From contig JBHGNT010000007.1 of assembly GCA_043228905.1 (NCBI GenBank), positions 10,788,001 through 10,852,000 on the forward strand: 64,000 nucleotides of DNA, in the 5' to 3' direction. This document shows, piece by piece, positions 1 to 12,113 of this stretch (positions are counted from its first letter, which is position 1; each line of letters starts with the position of its first letter). The notes beneath the pieces are model-generated. The model was not told the origin of the DNA. It searched no databases and saw nothing but the letters and a program-made list of their open reading frames with translations. Made by a program: the position numbers and the translations under genes. The stretch comes from Azolla caroliniana. Lineage: Eukaryota > Plantae > Polypodiophyta.

Positions 1-930
1 ACGAGACTACCCGACATCCGGTCCAAAGGGGGAGATTATGAAGTCAGTACCGCATGCACCGGCAATAGGCTCCTTGATGTACACGATGGTTGCAATAGAC
101 ATCGCTCACGCCGTTGGAGTCTTCAGTAGATTTATGCACAATCCTCACCAATCGCATTGGAACGCAATCAAGTATATGTTTAGATATCTAGTGTGCACAA
201 AAGACCTTGGTATTCTATTCGGCCCAAATGACATCTCAGGCGTAGTCGGATACACCGATTTGAACTTTGCAGGTTGCGTAGACAATTGTAAATTGACAAC
301 CAGATATTCTTTTAAACTTGGCAATGGAGCGATCTCATGGAAGTCAAAACTTCAGGAGTGCGCCGCCACATCTACGACCAAGGCTGAATATGTAGCCGCG
401 TCTGCTGCAACAAAAGAGGCCTTATGGCTTGGTCGGCCGGCCTACATGTTTCGACAAGCCGAAATCGGCTTGGCTCCAATTGTTTAAAGTGACAGTCAGG
501 GTGTTGTTGCTCTATCGAAAAATCCGGTTCATCACAACACCTCCAATCATATTGATGTTCGATATCATTTCGTTCGGGACTATGTCATTTCAAGGAAAAT
601 TGGCCTTGAGAAGGTACCTACAACCGATAATGTTGTGGATGCAATGACCAAGTGTTTCTCGGCGGATCGATCCTAATCCCTTCGCCATTGAATGGGTGTA
701 ATGAAGAATCAGTCGGATTAAATAGGACACCCAGGATGTTTCTCAAACAATAGACCTAGATAGTTCGAACTTCAGCTTCAGTGTGTCCAAACTTAGCCAA
801 TTCGGCCTTCTACTCTTCGGAGTTCGCCGACTTGAACGAATTCTCAACTGTTCGGAAACCTTGTATCAATCTGTATTGTACGTTCATTTCGGTTTACAGA
901 TTTCAGATGTATATGCCCATTATGGGGGAG
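1..930 (+). mobile_element. Ty1/Copia retrotransposon 3' end (RT C-terminus, RNase H, 3' UTR, PPT), decayed
   Basis: ORF 38-487 has PxAxAIGSLMY, GYTDxxFAG and ISWKSKLQ...STTKAEY Copia RT/RNase H motifs. PPT GGGGGAG ends at 930, directly before TGTTGA. Confidence 0.92.
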
Positions 931-1938
931 TGTTGAATACAGGTTTCAAATGGACGTATTCACAACGTCTCCTTTGTACACACTAGGCTTAGGCTACTTA
1001 TGTAAATAGTGAGAAGGGCAGTTGCCCTAACTCAGTCAGTATCATGGTTGTTTACGTACTCGTATTTAACGTTTAAATACGTATAGTACCTCATCATTTG
1101 TATAGTACGTACTATACCTCAATGTTGTTCAGTCAAATATCATGTACGTTTGTCCAATACGGTATTTAATGTATTTATAAAAAAACTGGTATAATATGTA
1201 TTTATAAAGACAATGTAAGTAAAACTCTAACAAAAAGCAAAAGCAAAAAAATATTTTAGTGAAAAAGAAGCCAAAGGAAGGAAGAACGAAGAATAGAAGA
1301 GACGACGATGAAGAAGAAGAAGAAGAGAGAAAAGAAGACATAAACCTGTCTTGAGTGTGATAATCGCAAAAGATAGAAGAAGAAGAAGAAGAAAAGAGAA
1401 ACCTATCATGAACGTGATAATCGTAGACAATTCCTCAATCTATCAAGGCATAATTGTAAATAATTACAATTTGAAGTAGAACATCGTGATACACACTTAC
1501 ACTGATTTATAGAATAAGGGAATGTCAACATCCATATTACTACAAGTATTTTAGGATGTGAAATGTTCAAATGTCTTATATGCATTTTAGGATGTAGAAC
1601 TATATTGTACATCACAAAAATGTGTAAACATAGATGTTTTTTACAATATTATAGATATTTTTTAGAAAGGTAAATAATTTTCAAATTCTAGAAGTATTTA
1701 ACGTACTATACGTAAAATACGTATTTAACGTATTTTATAAGTATTTAACATATTAAGAAAAAGTATTTAACGTATTTTTAAATTGGGAGGTACTATACGG
1801 GTATTAATACGTTAAATACGTACAGTATCCGTACCGTACCTAACGTACCTAACAACCTTGGTCAGTATATAAACTTACTGTGTAACCTAGTGGTTGTTGT
1901 TGTTCTTTGTGGCTATTGCAATATATTCTAAGTTGTGC

Positions 1939-1984
<46 letters not shown>

Positions 1985-2024
1985 CACTAGTTGCATTCCT
2001 GTTTATCTGACTATGTTGCCATCA
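931..2024 (+). repeat. 3' LTR of the Copia element, interrupted by a MITE
   Basis: Starts TGTTGA right after the PPT. TATATAAA-like box near 1867 and a (CT)n tract. Probable end ...TGCCATCA at 2024 (uncertain). Confidence 0.65.
1043..1860. mobile_element. hAT-type non-autonomous element (MITE), 818 bp
   Basis: 8-bp TSD GTCAGTAT (1035-1042, 1861-1868). Imperfect TIR CATGGTTGTT...AACAACCTTG. Subterminal repeats of TACGTA/GTATTTAAC. No ORF. Confidence 0.88.
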
Positions 2025-2920
2025 ATCTACTGTGATCTTGTATCTACTTATGATCTTCCACTAGAGGAAGATGACGCATTAGATGATGACGCTCTCAACA
2101 GTCATCCCCATCAATCCAAAGCCTATCTCAAGTTTTGTTTGTGAAGTAGTGCCTATTCCTCTCATATCCCTTAGACTAGGATCAACTACCAACCTTTCAT
2201 CCATTACTAACTATCATCCGTCAAGGGAGTAGCCACATGTTTCACCTTTTTCTCCACGGTCTTGTACTGTGTATGTACCTTGAATGTATTCCCTTCCTCA
2301 ACCTTGCATCCGAACTCTCCAATGGCAAATCAACTAAGTTGACCAGGATCACCCTATCCTTATAAAGGCTCGATGTGACAAAACTCTCCATCTCCCTAAT
2401 AGTGCCATCGAACAAAACTACATCCATTGCACCACATATTATGCCTCCATGTCATCATTACAATCTATATTAGAGAATTTACAAGCCTAAATTTTGGAAA
2501 ACCAATATATTTAGAACTACAAAAGTTATTACAAAATTTGGTTACATGCTTTAATAGCATGCATAGAAAATCCTCCCAACTCATGTCTTTGAGGGAGTTC
2601 TTGTTGCACTCATCGTTGGTTCTAACTTTCAAGAACAAGATTTAGTTCTTCCCACCTTGGCTCTTTATTCTCGCATATTTTGACCCCATGTCTAGCACCT
2701 TTCTCTCCACACGAACCATCGTGATGTATGGATATCCCAAAATCATGGGCTTAGAGGATGTCTCTTATACAAAGAAATGTTGGTCAACATCCTAAATCTT
2801 CACTCTTACATTCGGCCAAGCATCATCTAGCTCCTCAATTACTCGGGTCACTACGCTTATCGTCCACCTATGCTTGGTGTTTGATCGGGCATTTCTAATT
2901 ATCTGTAAAGAGTTTGATGC
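2025..2920 (-). pseudogene. Degenerate Gypsy protease/pol-linker fragment, same family as 19556-26140
   Basis: Minus strand reads roughly QHFFV*ETSSKPMILGYPYITMVRVERKVLDMGSKYARIKSQ, matching QHFFVQETSSHPVILGEPYITAARMETKVLDNGSAYARVKSQ of ORF 23390-24037. Confidence 0.8.
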
Positions 2921-2925
2921 GTAAG

Positions 2926-3215
2926 CTAATCAACAAACATAGCCAGCTTTGTCAGACGATAGCACACAGTTAGGTATTCATAGATGATGGAGGATATGTA
3001 GCATGTGAGAGAGAGGCGGAGTGAGCAGACACCAAAACTACAATTAAAATATAACACTCTATACAAGATGACATTCTCACAAAGCACCTTTAATACAAGT
3101 CCTCTTGACAAAGGACTGGTAGAAGTACTGATTGGTACTTCAATACATCAGACTCTCTCCATCACAGTTTGGTTCATCCTCTCGGCCATTCCGTTTAGTT
3201 CTAGAGTCTTCAACA
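2926..3215 (-). repeat. Copia LTR fragment (hairpin-cassette family)
   Basis: Shares TACAAGTCC..GGACTG..GAAGTAC..GTACTTCAAT with 35906-36324 and 52700-53690. Ends ...TTCAACA at 3215. Confidence 0.7.
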
Positions 3216-3222
3216 TTGTGTA

Positions 3223-5225
3223 TGTGAAATTGTTTTTAGAATTCAAGATATTGAACTATAAAAGAATATAAGGTATGGAGCATTCACATTTGGAGGGAAA
3301 GAACTAAAAGCAAGAGACACAGAGAAAAGTAAAAAGAGAAAAACCGGGCTACCTAAAAACAGTCTAAAAGGAACGGTCATAAGTTATAACCCTTTCATTT
3401 GTAACCCAAATATCTTGTTCAAATATGGGAGAACTATCTGTAGCTTGTTAAATCTCTAAATTGGGAGCTCGGATGAGGGAGATATGATGATGAGAAGGTC
3501 GGTGTGTCATAGCCAAAAAAAGGAGATGAAAAACTTTTATAAAGAGCTTGGAAAAGAGAGGAAGAGGGAGGAAGAGGATTATAAGACATGAGGTGGAGGA
3601 GGCTAAAGAACAAGGCTAGAGGCTAGAAGTGTTTTATTGTATTAGATCTCATTCTAATCACGATTAATGATTTTTATACTTATGTTGCCTTTGTTTGTAG
3701 ATTCTCATGACATTAAAATTGGTGTTGAAGGTGAAGGATTTGAAGAGAATTGAGTTGTTTTGTAGAAGTTTATTAGTCACATTAATTATTTAATTACTCT
3801 TTCTATATTTGTTGTCTCTCTAATTATTTTAGTATTGTATATCCTCGTTGAAATCTTCCTCTTTTAGAGGCGGATGACCGATGAAGATTTTGTGATAATG
3901 GAAGTTATCTTCTCAAAGTAATTTCTGTTCGAAGGCAAGCAATTGTGTCTCAACGTTGGTAGAGAAAGTCTTCCCAAATTATATTGAGGAGGTGACTTCA
4001 ATATTTCTAAATTATCCTTTCCTTTATCCACATGTTTGTAACCCTCCTCTTTAAAGTTATTTATTTATTTATAAGTCATAAGTTATATATACGTTTATAT
4101 GATCCTTAATCTCTTGATTATTCTTAATTTATTGAGTCTCTCTCCCTAATTCGTAGCCACCTTGGTCTCTATAGTATATTATAGTTCACAACTCTCTCTA
4201 ATCGGTTTGGTCAATCCCTCATATTGTGTACGACTATCCTTTGTCTTATACACTCTATCATTTTGGCGCTCCAGGGAGGACCGATCCTTTCCGTATGGGA
4301 GGGAGGACCTATCCTTTCTTTGTCTTACTATGTACTACATTAACTAGGAATGCAATTCGCATTTTTGGGTGAAAGAACACAAGATGCTGGTGCGTTTTTG
4401 GCATCCTTTGAGCATCATGTTGTCTCGATTAGACGCATCACTGACAATGAAATGTTGCCATTGTTGGTAGCAACTTTTCATGGTCAAGCTCGAGATTGGT
4501 ATGACTCTCTTCTACCAAACCAACAAGGAGCATATCAATTGTTGGTGCACCAGTTTCATTCCAAATATATTCAACGGCGAAGTGCAACCGATGTAAGGGA
4601 ATAACTTTTTTGACTAAACATGGAATCACCTCTTGGTTTCATTGAGTATGAAAGAAATTTGAAGGATTTGTGGACGACATGGATTCATCTTTGTGGTGGC
4701 ACCGAAGACGAGTGGTTTAAGATGGAACGATTCAAGATGGGTCTTAACATGTATTTCTGTTTGGAGGCAAACTTGAAGGATCCTACATCTTTTCAAGCTC
4801 ATATCCAAGTTTGTCAAGGTTATGATTGACAATTGAAGATGATGAGTTCCTTCGAGGACACCCAAATGACGGCTTTGGGTGCAAACTTGATGCCACGTGC
4901 CAACTTTCAAGCCTCATCTACCACAACAATACACCCAACAAGTGTATCTCAAGAAGTGAAGCAAGTAAAGAGTGAACAAGGTACGATGGCCTTGATGAAG
5001 TGATGGCCCATTTGCGACAATCCCAAGCAATTCACAACACTATTCCCGATGGTGGTGCCTCTAGAGGGCATTAATGTGTAATTTGGTATTCTTGTTAAAA
5101 GGAGGTACACATCTCAACAAGATATCCTCATCGACAACAAAGAGGTATGGGAATAGGCATGTATCAAGTGCAAAGAAATGAACAACAACCTATCCACAAT
5201 GGAGTCGAAGGACGGTTACAGAAGG
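3223..5225 (+). mobile_element. Gypsy (non-chromovirus) 5' fragment: LTR ~3223-4260, PBS, decayed gag
   Basis: LTR ends ...CTATCA followed by TTTTGGCGCTCCAGGGAGG (tRNA 3'-complementary; tRNA identity unverified, Asn-like). Gag QDAGAFLASFEHH...ARDWYDSL. Homologous to 43951-45850. Confidence 0.8.
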
Positions 5226-5432
5226 AATTAGCTCACCAGGTCCTCAAGCGCAACAACACGAGGAACACTGACTGGAGCAGACACCGGAGCTTGAGGTAGA
5301 GGCTGGAAGATCCCCTTGACGCGCTCTTCGAATCTTGTTAATCGTTGTTCTAACACTATCAGTGTCTCTAAAGTTTGCTTCAATTTCTCTAATAAAACCT
5401 TTGAAGTCTTGGAGAAGAGGAGGCTTCTTTTC

Positions 5433-5685
5433 ATTTGAAGAAATGTAAAGCATGGGCATTTCTCTAATTTGGATAATGGTATGGCATCATTGTAATTTCT
5501 TTGTCTATAAAGATTGGCGAGGGTTTTTTTTCTTACTTATCTTACCTAGAAAGACTGGCTAGAGTCATTCGGCATGGCTTTACAATATTCGAAGTAATAT
5601 TAGCCTATTTTGTACATGGCCTCTGGCCACTTTCATTTTAATACCAATGGAGGATATTTTTTCAGGAAAAAGAAAAGAAAAGAAA
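5433..5685 (+). mobile_element. Short retroposed insert, probably a 5'-truncated L1 3' end
   Basis: 20-bp TSD AGAAGAGGAGGCTTCTTTTC (5413-5432, 5686-5705) and A-rich tail AAAAAGAAAAGAAAAGAAAA. LIWIMVWHHCNFFVY resembles the L1 ORF2 C-terminal WxIWxxRNxxxF motif. Confidence 0.75.
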
Positions 5686-6261
5686 AGAAGAGGAGGCTTC
5701 TTTTCGAACAGTGCTACAAACTATGCTAATGTAGTTCCTGTTGAGCTGCATCAGTTGGATACCTATTAGGGTGCATATGAATTACTAGACGTACTTCGTT
5801 TAGAAACCCTCGAAACTATGATCGATTACCATCGAAATTCCCAAGCAAACAAATATTTGGTTGTTTGGGAGAGGTTTGTTGTAGTGAAGCTTGTTGATGA
5901 AGAGACCACAATCTTGTTTCGAGTTGCAATACACGTGTCGATAACTCATCATATTGTTGTGCCATTTCTATGATTACTTGTTGCAAATCTCCAACAAATA
6001 GTTGATTCTCTCACTCTAATGCCACAAACTTATTTGTGAGATGCTCTAGTTCAGAGACAACTCAAATATACTCTTGCTTGCTAACTGACTCCATGGCGAG
6101 GATAACGTTTGGTAAGATTTGCAAGGAAAAGGAAGGAAGGAAGAGAGAGAGAGAGAGTGAGAGAGAGAGAGTGAGAGAGAGAGAGTGAGAGAGAGAGAGT
6201 GAGAGAGTGAGAGAGTGAGAGAGTGAGAGAGTGAGAGAGAGAGAGAGAGTGAGAGAGAAAT

Positions 6262-6392
6262 GTATTATATTATCATCTTCGGAGGTCAAATATGACCTAT
6301 GAGACCAAAAATATTACATTTGACGTGATACGTGTGAAAGTGAGTAGTGACTCTCGATGTTCAAGAACTTTACCAATGAATGTTGCAATTGA
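6262..6392 (-). mobile_element. RTE-X-like LINE 3' terminus next to a (GA)n/(GAGAGT)n tract (6143-6260)
   Basis: Near-identical to 8553-8682 and to the reverse complement of 31477-31600. Confidence 0.8.
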
Positions 6393-8552
6393 CAATGCAA
6401 ATGGGTTTTGGTGATCATATGTCAAATTTGATATATACATTGGGGGATGCTTCAATGTCACATGTCATGCTTAATGGAGGAGTAACACAACCTATTTCGG
6501 TGAGAAGGTCAGTTAGACAAGGGTGCCCCCTTAGTCCACTTTTGTTTACTATTGTCACTCATTCGATACTTGTTAAGCTACATAATATGACGGTGGATGG
6601 AGATTTGGTTGGGTTAAGATTTCCATTTGGGAGACAGTGTATTGCTCAAGCGCTAGCAGATGATCATTTTATGTTTTTGGGAGCTACATGTAATAATGTT
6701 ACAAAGGCTACAAAGGTTTGGGAATTGTTTTCTCTTGCACCAGGATTAAAGATTAATATGCATAAATCAGTTCTTATTTCATGTACTCAGCAAAATATAT
6801 TGGAGCTTGGCTGGTCAGGAAAGATTGTTAATCGTGGGGATATTTTTCGACACTTGGGTTACCCTATTGGAGTAGAAGTTTCACATGTTAAACTAGTTGA
6901 TTGGGTGTCGAGAAAGATTGAAAATAAGTTCATCTATTGGAGATCTCAGTCATGGCCATTTCATATAAGGGTTAAAGTTGTGCAATCCATTATGATACCC
7001 ATGGTTTCTTATTATCTTCCATTGTTGCCATGGTCTAAGAAGGTTGTTGAAAAGGTTACCCAATCCATGCGTTCATTATTATGGGAGGAAAAAGGGAAAC
7101 ATGGCATTTCTTGGTTGGCATGGGATCATATTTGTACTCCAAAACGCCTTGGTGGAGCAACATTATTGAATGTATATGAGCATATGGTAGCTCGGAGGTT
7201 TTCATTACTCATTTCTATGTTTGCAAACACACAACCATGGATAGAAATGGTGATTTTCTTTATTGAGAGAAATGGCATCAAGTTTGGCAAAGTAAGAGTA
7301 GAAACACATTGGTGGAATGTAGTCAACTCCAAAAGGCAAGTGAAGTGTTCAATGTCTTGGGTTGTTAATCAATTATTATCGTCTTGGCAGAATGTGTTAG
7401 AATTTGTCAAGTGGGATCCTCCATCACATAGAGAGCATGCAAATTCTATACAACTAGAGATTTTGGCAACATCAAGGGTGTTGGATTGGGAAAGTTACAA
7501 ACAATCTTTGCAACATCAATTTAATCGAATGGCACGATTAGGATTGGTATGACTAAAAGATGCAATTTTGATTTCTCAAAGAAGGTTGATGGCTTTTCGT
7601 ACTGCTAGATCAACATTTGGAATTCCACATAATTATCAGCACATTTGGGATACATTACAAGGATTATCAATGTTGCAAGGGCATGTGCCACATTTGAATG
7701 AAGATTCTCTATATCTTGATTGGACATTTGTGGGGGGAACAACTTAAGTATGGTTTCAACGAATGAGGTTTATCATACAATTATTGGGAAACATATGTGG
7801 TTAGAAAATAGGTTAATTAAGGTATGGTCTTTTCATACGCCAACAATTTGGTGGAAAAATGTACTTCAGAAGGGTTGGTGTTCACATTTGTCATTTAGAG
7901 CGAAGGTGTTTATTTGGAGGGTTATAGTTGGTGGATTGCCATTGGGTGATGCTTTATGCCAAAGAAAAATTACTAGTGGTTTCTGTTTCTTTTGTACGGT
8001 GGAAGTAGAGCATAGTCGACATCAATTTATTTCATGTCCTGTTACAAAGATGGTTTGGAAGTTTATCAATGCAATATGGATGTCCTTGATAGGAGCGATA
8101 CAATCTCCTTTAAAATGGGTTTTTGCACAAGTGGAGTTAGGAGGTCTTTCACCTTCTTTTCAGATTATTTTGGATTATTTGAGGTATTATGGGCTTTGGT
8201 TTATTTGGCATATGCGAAATGCTTTTATATTTGATGAACAAAGGGGAGTACACTGTTATGTGTTGACATTGAAGGGGTTCCTTTTATGGCAATTTTCATT
8301 GTTGGAGATGTCAAGCATATTCAATCATGAAGAGAGACAAGTATTTAAGTTAGTTGGACACCACATTCGTCATTTGGTTTGATAAGAAAGGTTAGGGGAT
8401 GTCGAGAGACATATTCATGGTTTGTAATGATATGAATATGTATCTCTCTATGTAGATATGTAAAGTTGACTTACAAGTTGTAATAGGGGTTTTTTTACAT
8501 GCAATTAATATAATTGTGTGATTTTACCAAAAAATAGAAAAAGAAAAAAGAT
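6393..8552 (+). mobile_element. L1-clade LINE, 5'-truncated ORF2 (RT and zf-RVT) with A-rich tail
   Basis: ORF 6380-7552 has VRQGCPLSPLLF, ALADD, KINMHKS, HLGYPI and PKRLGG. ORF 7720-8382 has KVFIWR...CFFC..E...HQFISC..WFIWHMRN. Tail at 8529-8549. Confidence 0.93.
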
Positions 8553-8935
8553 AGATTATATTATCGTCTTCGGAGGTCAAATATGACCTATGAGACCAAA
8601 AATATTACATTTCACGTGATACGTGTGAAGGTGAGTAGTGACTCTCGATGTTCAAGAACTTTACCAATGAATGTTGCAATCGAGAGTGCACATCGTGGTT
8701 GTGAGAGAAATTCGTGCAAGGATTGGGCTTGATTGAAGAGATGTGGAAAGCATGGTCGAATATGATCAAAGGCAGAGCATTGTATCAAAGTGTGATACTC
8801 AGACTCTCGAACTTGTTTAGGGCAAAATGTGCATAGTCGGCCACTCTCATAACATGTGCCCCAACGCCCCATCTCACATCTCAATGCGTGCGAGCTAAGT
8901 CGCATGGAAGCAATGGTTCGAATGGCAGATATCAG
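8553..8935 (-). mobile_element. RTE-X-like LINE, 5'-truncated 3' end (short-C-terminus subfamily)
   Basis: ORF 8612-8905 RLSSHALRCEMGRW..RLCTFC..ESEYHTLIQC (C-terminal CCHC-type motif), followed by a short 3' UTR with an AGGTCA-TATT-TGACCT hairpin. Confidence 0.8.
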
Positions 8936-9344
8936 TATGGGCAGAGAGAGAGAGAGAGAGATAAGGGAGGATAATTCTGGTTCAAACTATCATGGTTGTA
9001 GCTAGGAACGAGTTTTAAAATGAAGAAGAGAATGTGAAGTGGAAGATATGAGAGAAATGAGAGAGAATAAGAAGAATTTGATAATGTATTACGAATGAGA
9101 GCAAGGTTTACAAGACTATCCCGAAGACTGACATTGAACCAAAATGGTTCATCAATACTCAAGTACATGTTTATATAACATGGTTTGGATACATGCATGC
9201 TCGCCACCTCATAGGCACACATGATCGACACTTGGCAATCATGCGTTAGCCTATGCAGGGTAGGGTGGTGACATTTCATAATATTATTATGTATGTTTCT
9301 TATTGATATAATAGAACTTATTATTTAATATATATAATATGATA

Positions 9345-9405
9345 TAGCCCAATGGTTGGGGTATATGTCTCCTTTGAGGAGGTCATGGGTTCAAATCACC
9401 CTAAA
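9345..9405 (+). promoter_or_regulatory. tRNA-like Pol III A/B-box module inside a Tcn1-like LTR (antisense to the element)
   Basis: A box TAGCCCAATGG at 9345 and B box GGTTCAAATC at 9388, with tRNA-like spacing. Confidence 0.65.
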
Positions 9406-9442
9406 GCTTATTGGGTTTTATCTATTGATGAAACCTACGAAG

Positions 9443-9826
9443 AATATGGTTTTGTAGTTAAGTGCAACATGTGTAGTATAATGTGTGAAGCGTGAGGCTT
9501 CCACATTTTTCCCATGTCATGATACATTATAGGGATCGGCAATGGCTCGGCTCAAGCCTAAATCGTTTGGCTTAGCCGGCTTGAAAACGGCTTAGCGGCT
9601 CGGCTCGGTTTAGGCTTGAACTTGCCTTAACGGTTTGAGCTCGGCTCGGCTTGAGCCGAGCCTCGCCAAACCGGCTCAAGCCGGCTAAACCGTTTAAGTC
9701 GTTTATAAACTTTAGAGAGAGGGGGAGAGTGACAACAAACAAGGGGAAAGAGAGAGAGAGAGAGTGAGGGAGGGAGAACTACATAGACGAGGAGAGAGAG
9801 GGAGAGAGGGAGGGAGACAACATATA

Positions 9827-9860
<34 letters not shown>

Positions 9861-10081
9861 ACACAGACGAGGAGAGAGAGGGAGGGAGAGAGGGAGACAA
9901 CATATAAGGAGAGAGAGAGAGTGTGAGTGAGTGAGAGAGAGACTACATAGAGGGGAGAGAGAGAGAGATAGAGACAAAGAGTGAGTGAGTGAGAGAGAGA
10001 CTACATAGAGGGGAGAGAGAGTGAGAGGGAGAGCTTGTACAATGTATAGTATATAGTATATAGTGGATCATCTGAGAGGGA

Positions 10082-10122
<41 letters not shown>

Positions 10123-11188
10123 TTCTTATCCGGTTTACAAGCCGTTTACCAAACCAGTTCACAAACCGGTTTAGCCTAAACTGGTTTGTGAACCGGCTCG
10201 GTTCAGGTTTGAGATCCCGTAAACAGTTTAGGCTTAGCCAGTTTGGCTTGGATCAGGCCAAACCGGCTAAGCCTAAACCGAACCATTGCCGATCCCTAAT
10301 ACATTCGCGTTGCAAAAAGGCCTCTTCGTAGTTAAGTGCAACATGTGTAGTATAATGTGTGAAGCGTGAGGCCTCCACATTTTTCCCACATCATGATACA
10401 TTGGCGTTGCAAAAAGGCCTCATTTATAGAGGAATCTAATGATGCATCATGAAGCAAATGTGTTGTATCCCATCTACCCAACCAGTTTTTCATATCTCGC
10501 ATCCAACCAGAACACAAAATTTTCCTTTTATGCATCTTTTGGATCTTTTTGCTTGCTTCCCATGTAATTCTAGGAAGTCGATGTGATGGACTTTTTTGAA
10601 CCTTAAGCATGTATTCAACAACCCTTTCCATGGTCATGATCTGGATAGGAAGTGATCCGGTCTCAAGGAGGAGGATATATAGCATTTGTAGAAACTGTGT
10701 AAGAAAATATTTTTGGATCTTTTCAAACTCTTTCCAAGTAGATTTAGGTATGCTCGCTTTCCCGCCATACTTCCACCCAATTGAGAAGCACCGGTGTCAC
10801 CAAAGTGTCGAAAAGGTATTTCTTGAGGACCCAACACTTAATATCTCCACGGTTGCATGTGTTCTCAAATGCATATATGCTCGCTTTCCCGCCTCTAAGC
10901 GATGTGTAGCATAATGACAAAATTCCCAATTTTAGCTTCATTAACACCTTCTTTCTTTACAAACTTGGCAACCGTTTCTTCCAATTCATTAATGCATAGA
11001 CCAAATAGAGTTCGTGAGAGTGGGCATCCTTGCTTACACCTACAGTGCTAATGAAAAAATTTGAAATTTTATCACTCATACACACAACATATAACCTTCT
11101 CATATATTCAAGAGATTACAAGCATATATTCACTTGGCACCTCGAGTTCTTCCATTCACCTCCAAAGATTCTCATGAGGTACCATATC
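9443..11188 (-). mobile_element. RTE-X-like LINE internal fragment (RT region), decayed
   Basis: Minus strand contains GVSKGCPLSRTLFGLCINEL and LFDTLVTPVLL..ETGSLPI. Internal ~95-bp duplication (about 9454 and 10328). Confidence 0.72.
9530..10298. mobile_element. hAT-type MITE, 769 bp, with GA-rich interior
   Basis: Perfect TIR TAGGGATCGGCAATGG...CCATTGCCGATCCCTA. 8-bp TSD ATACATTA/ATACATTC. Subterminal AAACCG/GGCTCG repeats. Confidence 0.92.
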
Positions 11189-11637
11189 AAAAGAAAGAAA
11201 GAAAGAAAGATATATTAACGTCTTCTAAGACCAAATATGGCCCATGAGACAATTGGTTTACAATAGAATGGGGTATATACTCAATCATTGAAAATAAAAA
11301 TAAAATATAGATAAAAGAGTTCTAGTATTGTAAAAAATGTGTTATGGTTTAACATATTCTATAAAGGAAATCACTTTTTGCTAAGCCTAGTTTCATGTCC
11401 ATCCAAGTCTCTTGAAAAGGAGTATGAGGTCAAAGGGCTTCAATCTGGGTGTTGCCCATGTTCCCAATGTAAAAGGTACCCCAACCATAGCTTCTAGGTG
11501 ATCTAACTCACGTTCCCCTATCTTCTTAATTGCTTGTACACCACAAGTTACTTTGAGACCCGACATCCGATAGTGTTTGGTTGTTTGCTTTTTTGCTTTA
11601 GCAAGGGAGAGACCGAGTGGTGCAGGTGTGTCCATAT

Positions 11638-11880
11638 TGTGGTGGTCACATGGACCACACCTAGATTAGGCCCCTACCAAGCCCCATGCACCACACATAG
11701 ACCACACCCAAATTAGGCCCCTACCAAGCCTCATGCACCACACCCAAACTAGGCCCCCACCAAGCCCCATAATTAGTAGAGCTAATTGGAGCGGGAGAAC
11801 ACCCTCCACGCTAAGAGAGAGTCTATAAAATGTAACTTGAGACATAATGAAAAGGGGGCTATTCTTGAGAGCATTTCACA
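11638..11880 (+). repeat. Short solo LTR (243 bp)
   Basis: TGTG...CACA ends with 4-bp TSD ATAT. TATAAAA near 11824 and three internal repeats. Absent from the homologous LINE near 33760. Confidence 0.72.
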
Positions 11881-12113
11881 ATATTCATGGTCTCCCCCTA
11901 TCCCTGAAAATTCTCATTGATTACATGTTGGTAAATATTAGAAAGGTTATGGTTAACATTTTGTAGCTTATTCTCTCTATGTTGTTTTAGCTGTAAGATA
12001 TATCTACCTAGTTTCTTTATATCTTATGTATCTAAATTTTTGGACAGGGTGGGACAAGGTCCTACTATGTCTTGGTATTTCCCCCTTATCTTAGTGTAAG
12101 TTGGACACTTGCA

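Larger units (their letters stand above)
5228..9440 (-). mobile_element. Tcn1-like chromovirus 5' fragment (LTR 8988-~9440, leader, gag N-terminus 6095-5228), split by LINE insertions
   Basis: Minus strand MESVSKQEYI*..KFVALE*ENQ and DSVRTTINKIRR match gag 39764 (MATISTQEYQ..KFVALEQENH; NSVRMTINKIRS). The LTR end TGATA-GTTTGAA matches TGACA-GTTTGAA at 39684-39695. Confidence 0.8.

Noticed and set aside
9627-9977. Leu/Ser-rich ORFs (also 1935, 6062)
   Set aside because: They are translations of (CT)n/(GA)n microsatellites.
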